NCBI RefSeq assembly: GCF_032444005.1
Contig: NC_091283.1
Location: 159,464,001 to 159,528,000 of the forward strand
DNA: 64,000 nucleotides
Reading direction: 5' to 3'
Source: Ranitomeya imitator
Lineage: Eukaryota
Position 1 is the first letter of the stretch. Each line of letters opens with the position of its first letter. Below the pieces are notes generated by a model. That model was not told the origin of the DNA. It did not search any database and saw nothing but the letters and a program-made list of their open reading frames with translations. The translations under genes were made by a program, and so were the position numbers. Shown here in pieces: positions 57,945 to 64,000 of the stretch.

Positions 57945-58418
57945 GTAAATATATATTATCACTTAGCTGCACTCATCTAGAGTGAAATAATGTGTTATTT
58001 TTTTAACACCTTCAGAGCTGCACTCGTAATTCTGCTGTTTATGCAGATTATATCTCACTGCTGCCACCTCCTGGTTCAGCGCAAGTAACGAGTAAAATCT
58101 ACTTGTTCTTTATAGGGCCTCTTGTGCATTGCATTGTGGGAGATGTATATAACCTCTTACGTGCTAAGCTACATCACCCAAAATGCAACGCATCATTAGA
58201 ATCACTGTAGATTCCAGCTGGAAGGCAGCAGAATTGTGAATGCAGCTCTGGTTGTAAGTAGAGGGGGCATTAGTATGGCAGAACTTCCACCCAATCACAG
58301 CCGAGTTTTAATGATTTTGCTCTATTGGGTCCACCCCATCAATATATAATCTAAAATCTGATTGGTGGCTATGAGCAACTGTGTAATATAAGTTATATCG
58401 GTCTCTCCCCTCCCCCAG

Positions 58419-58568
58419 TACGTGAACGGAGGCTGCCTGGAGGAGCTATTGGCATGTAAAGAAATCGTCCTGAACTGGAAAGAGAAGGTCCACCTGTCGT
58501 GTGATATCAGTCGGGGAATGATCTATCTGCACTCGAAAAATATCTATCATCGTGATCTAAACTCCAAG
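58419..58568 (+). CDS. TESK/LIMK-family kinase, coding exon 4
   Basis: 150 nt. [11 protein letters not shown]...[15 protein letters not shown]. Confidence 0.95.
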
Positions 58569-58654
58569 GTAGTGATGGATGTATAAATGTACAGGGAGAC
58601 ATCCTTATAATATTCACTGTCAGTCACAGGACCATCTTCACATGTGTATTACAG

Positions 58655-58828
58655 AACTGTCTTATAAGAGTGACCCCACGGGGCCGAGAGGCTGTGGTGA
58701 CGGATTTTGGCCTGGCCCGGGAGGTGGTAGAGCTGCCACTGAAGAATGGAGAAAGAAAGTTGTCCCTTGTAGGATCTGCCTTCTGGATGGCACCTGAAAT
58801 GTTACGTGGCGAACCATACGACCGCAAG
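58655..58828 (+). CDS. TESK/LIMK-family kinase, coding exon 5
   Basis: 174 nt. NCLIR...DFGLAR...RKLSLVGSAFWMAPEMLRGEPYDRK. Confidence 0.95.
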
Positions 58829-58939
58829 GTGTGTTAATAAAATATCAAATAATTGCTGGAGGTTACTATTCACCCCCTATCAAGAGTCATGGGCTCATAT
58901 CTGCATAAAGCATACAAACTGGCCAAAGTGTAATTGCAG

Positions 58940-60455
58940 TAATATAATACTGCCCTCAATATACAAATATATAACTAGTATAATACTGCCCCTATGTACA
59001 AGAATATAACTATAATAGTGCTCCTATGTACAAGAATATAACTATATTACTGCCCCCTATGTACAAGAATATAACTACTATAATACTGCCTCCTATGTAC
59101 AAGAATATAACTATAATACTGCCCCCATGTACAAGAATATAACTGCTATAATACTGCCCCTTATGTACAAGAATATAACTAGAATACTGCTCCTATGTAC
59201 GAGAATATAACTACTATAATACTGCCCCTGTACGAGAATATAACTACTATAATACTGCCCCTATGTACAAGAATATAACTACTATAATACTGCCCCTATG
59301 TACAAGAATATGTCTACTATAATACTACTCCTATGTACAAGAATATAACGAATACTGCCCCTATGTACAAGAATCTAACTATAATACTGCTCCTATGTAC
59401 AAGAATATAACTGCTATAATACTGCCCCTTATGTACAAGAGTATAACTAGAATACTCCTATGTACAAGAATATAACTACTATAATATTGCGTGTATGTAC
59501 AAGAATATAACTAATACTGCCCCTATGTACAAGAATATAACTATAATACTGCTCCTATGTACGAGAATATAACTACTATAATACTGCCCCATGTACAAGA
59601 ATATAACTATAATACTGCTCCTATGTACAAGAATATATCTACTATAATACTGCTCCTATGTACAAGAATATAACTAATACTGCCCCTATGTACAAGAATA
59701 TAACTATAATACTGTTCTTATGTACAAGAATATAACTGCTGTAATACTGCCCATATGTACAAGAATATACCGTAACTATAATACTGCCCCCATGTACAAG
59801 AATATAACTACTATAATACAGTCCCTATGTACAAGAATATAAATACTATAATACTGCCCCTATGAACAAGAATATAACTGCTATAATACTGCCCCTATGT
59901 ACCAGAATATAACTACTATAATACTGCTCCTATGTACAAGAATATAAATACTATAATACTGCTCCTATGTACAAGAATATACCTACTATAATACTGCCCC
60001 TATATACAAGAATATAACTGCTATAATACTGCCCCCTTGTAGAAGAATATAACTACTATAATACTGCCTCCTATGTACAAGAATATAACTACTATAATAC
60101 TGCCCCTATGTACAAGAATATAATTAGTATAATACTGCCCCTATGTACAAGAATATAATTAGTATAATACTGCCCCTATGTACAAGAATATAACTACTAT
60201 AATACTGCCCCTATGTACAAGAATATGACTGCTATAATACTGCCCCTATGTACAAGAATGACTGCTATAATACTGCCCCTATGTACAAGAATATAGCTAC
60301 TATAATACTGCCCCCTATGTACAAGATTATAACTACTATAATACTACCCTATGTACAAGAATATAACTACTATAATACTGCTCCTATGTACAAGAATATA
60401 AGTAATATAATACTGCCCTTATGTACAAGAATATAAGTACTATAATACTGCCCCC
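58940..60455 (+). repeat. ~35-bp minisatellite in kinase intron 5 (left block)
   Basis: CCCTATGTACAAGAATATAACTACTATAATACTGC variants. Confidence 0.93.
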
Positions 60456-61545
60456 TATCATCAAAAAGTTAATTTATTTCAGTTCTTCAATACATAACGT
60501 GAAACTCATATTATTTCGAGTCAATAAACAGAGTTATCTATTTCAAGTGTTTATTTCTGTTAATGATGATTATGACTTACAGCAAATAAAAACACCAAAA
60601 GTCATTATCTCAGTAAATTAGAATACTTTATACCACCACCTTGAAAAAATAATTTTAAAATCGGAAACGTTGGCCTACTGAAATGTATGTTCAATAAATG
60701 CACTCAATACTTGGTCGGGGGCTTCTTTGGCATCAATTACTACATCAATGCGGCGTGGCATGGAGGCTTAGCCTGTGGCACTGCTGAGGTGTTATGGAAG
60801 CCCAGGTTGCTTTGATAGGAGGCTTCAGCTTGTCTGCATTGTTGGGTCTGGTGTCTCCCATCTTCTTCTTGAGAGAGGCACACAATCCAATCTGCTTGAA
60901 AGTCTAGTGTGCAGTTTCCACAATCAGTGATGGTTTGGGGAGTCATGTCATCTGCTGGTGTCGGTCCACTGTGTTTTATCAAGACCAAAGTCAGCGCAAA
61001 CATCTACCAGGACATTTTACAATACTTCATGCTTCCCTCTGCTGACAAGCTTACCTATACCTGGTTTACAAACCACAACATCACTGTGCTTGACTGGCCA
61101 GCAAACTCTCCTGACCTTAGAAGATGAGACACCAGACCCAACAATGCAGACGAGCTGAAGGCTGCAATCAAAGCAACCTGGGCTTCCATAACCCCTCAGC
61201 AGTGCCACAGGCTGAGCCTCTATGCCACGCCGCATTGATGTAGTAATTGATGCAAAAGGAGCCCCGACCAAGTATTGAGTGCATTTACTGAACATACATT
61301 TCAGTAGGCCAACATTTCGGATTTTAAAATCATTTTTTCAAGCTGATGTTATAAAGTATTCTAATTTACTGAGCTAATGACTTTTGGGTTTTCATTGGCT
61401 GTAAGCCATAACCATCAACATTAACAGAAATAAACACTTGAAATAGATCACTGTCTGTAATGACTCTAATATAGGAGTTTCACTTTTTGCATTGAAGAAC
61501 TGAAATAAATTAACTTTTTGATTCTAATTTTGTGAGATGCACCTG
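60456..61545. mobile_element. Defective fold-back Tc1 derivative with ~400-bp inverted arms
   Basis: 60456-60857 is the reverse complement of 61126-61520, and both include the transposase 3' end. Central transposase fragment (SVMVWG, WPANSPDL). Right TIR ...GAGATGCACCTG|TA. Confidence 0.8.
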
Positions 61546-63405
<1,860 letters not shown>

Positions 63406-63455
63406 TGAGCTTCATTATAGCGGTATCCTCTTACTCTTCCTCCATTTTTTTTTAG

Positions 63456-63542
63456 GACTTTGGTTTGGACGTAGCCGCTTTTCAAGCTCTGGTGCGGGAT
63501 TGTCCTCTTCCGGTGCTGGATGTGGCTGCGAGCTGCTGTCGG
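63456..63542 (+). CDS. TESK/LIMK-family kinase, coding exon 7
   Basis: 87 nt. DFGLDVAAFQALVRDCPLPVLDVAASCCR. Confidence 0.93.
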
Positions 63543-63910
63543 GTAGGTGTCGCCCCCATCTTTCTGTGTGCGGTATATGAGAGAATTTTTCAGCTGCCAT
63601 ATAGTGCTCATATAATCCCCTGATGGGCGATTCCTGTACCATGAGGGATCCCAGTAACTGATCCTATGGGAAGATTTATCAGAACGGTATGTAGGTTATA
63701 GTAGAAGAATAAGTGACTCTTTGGAGTTTTTGAAGACCTCTGCTTGCTGTTGGTGAATAGAAACCCTTAACATCTGCAGGCTGCCGAGCTGCCTTGATCA
63801 TGTCCAGGCGCCACAGGGGAAGGGCTGGTTACAATGTGGAGACTGGATATACTGTAACGAGCCCCGCTCCTGTATTTTGTAGGATTAACCCCTCTTTTTT
63901 CCTTTTCCAG

Positions 63911-64000
63911 CTGGAAGCATTTAAGCGACCGTCATTCTGTGAGATTCTGGATGAACTGGAGGACGTGGCAGAAACCCTGGACTCCACGGCGGAGCTGCCG
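63911..64000 (+). CDS. TESK/LIMK-family kinase, coding exon 8 (runs off the window)
   Basis: Acceptor CCTTTTCCAG. LEAFKRPSFCEILDELE (subdomain XI Arg). Confidence 0.88.
   Translation, partial: MEAFKRPSFCEILDELEDVAETLDSTAELP

Overview
Eukaryotic, repeat-dense vertebrate genomic DNA. The repeat families suggest an anuran amphibian, which is an inference. One host gene is supported: a TESK/LIMK-family protein kinase on the + strand. It has 8 GT-AG coding exons from 46935 to the window end, giving 314 contiguous in-frame codons, and a possible non-coding first exon and promoter near 22.8-23.2 kb. The rest is mostly transposons and tandem repeats. These include a 5'-truncated L2 LINE with an intact RT, three intact Tc1 transposons (two are near-identical twins), and an old Tc1 shell holding nested insertions. 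There is also a complete DIRS1 tyrosine-recombinase retrotransposon, a Penelope-like (Neptune-type) element with a 14-bp TSD and hammerhead ribozymes, Helitrons, Harbinger MITEs, a 6.7-kb hAT-type composite, two solo LTRs, many 23-68-bp minisatellites and one N gap. The most interesting signals are two candidate recoding routes for RTs that have no usable AUG. The first is an in-phase U_UUU_UUA -1 frameshift site joining ORF1 to RT-GIY-YIG in the Penelope-like element. The second is a 94-nt GT-AG intron, with branch point, that fuses Gag in frame to RT in the DIRS element. Also notable are a U3:A8 covariant hammerhead and a kinase that mixes TESK and LIMK signatures. All coordinates were read by eye, so repeat boundaries are approximate.
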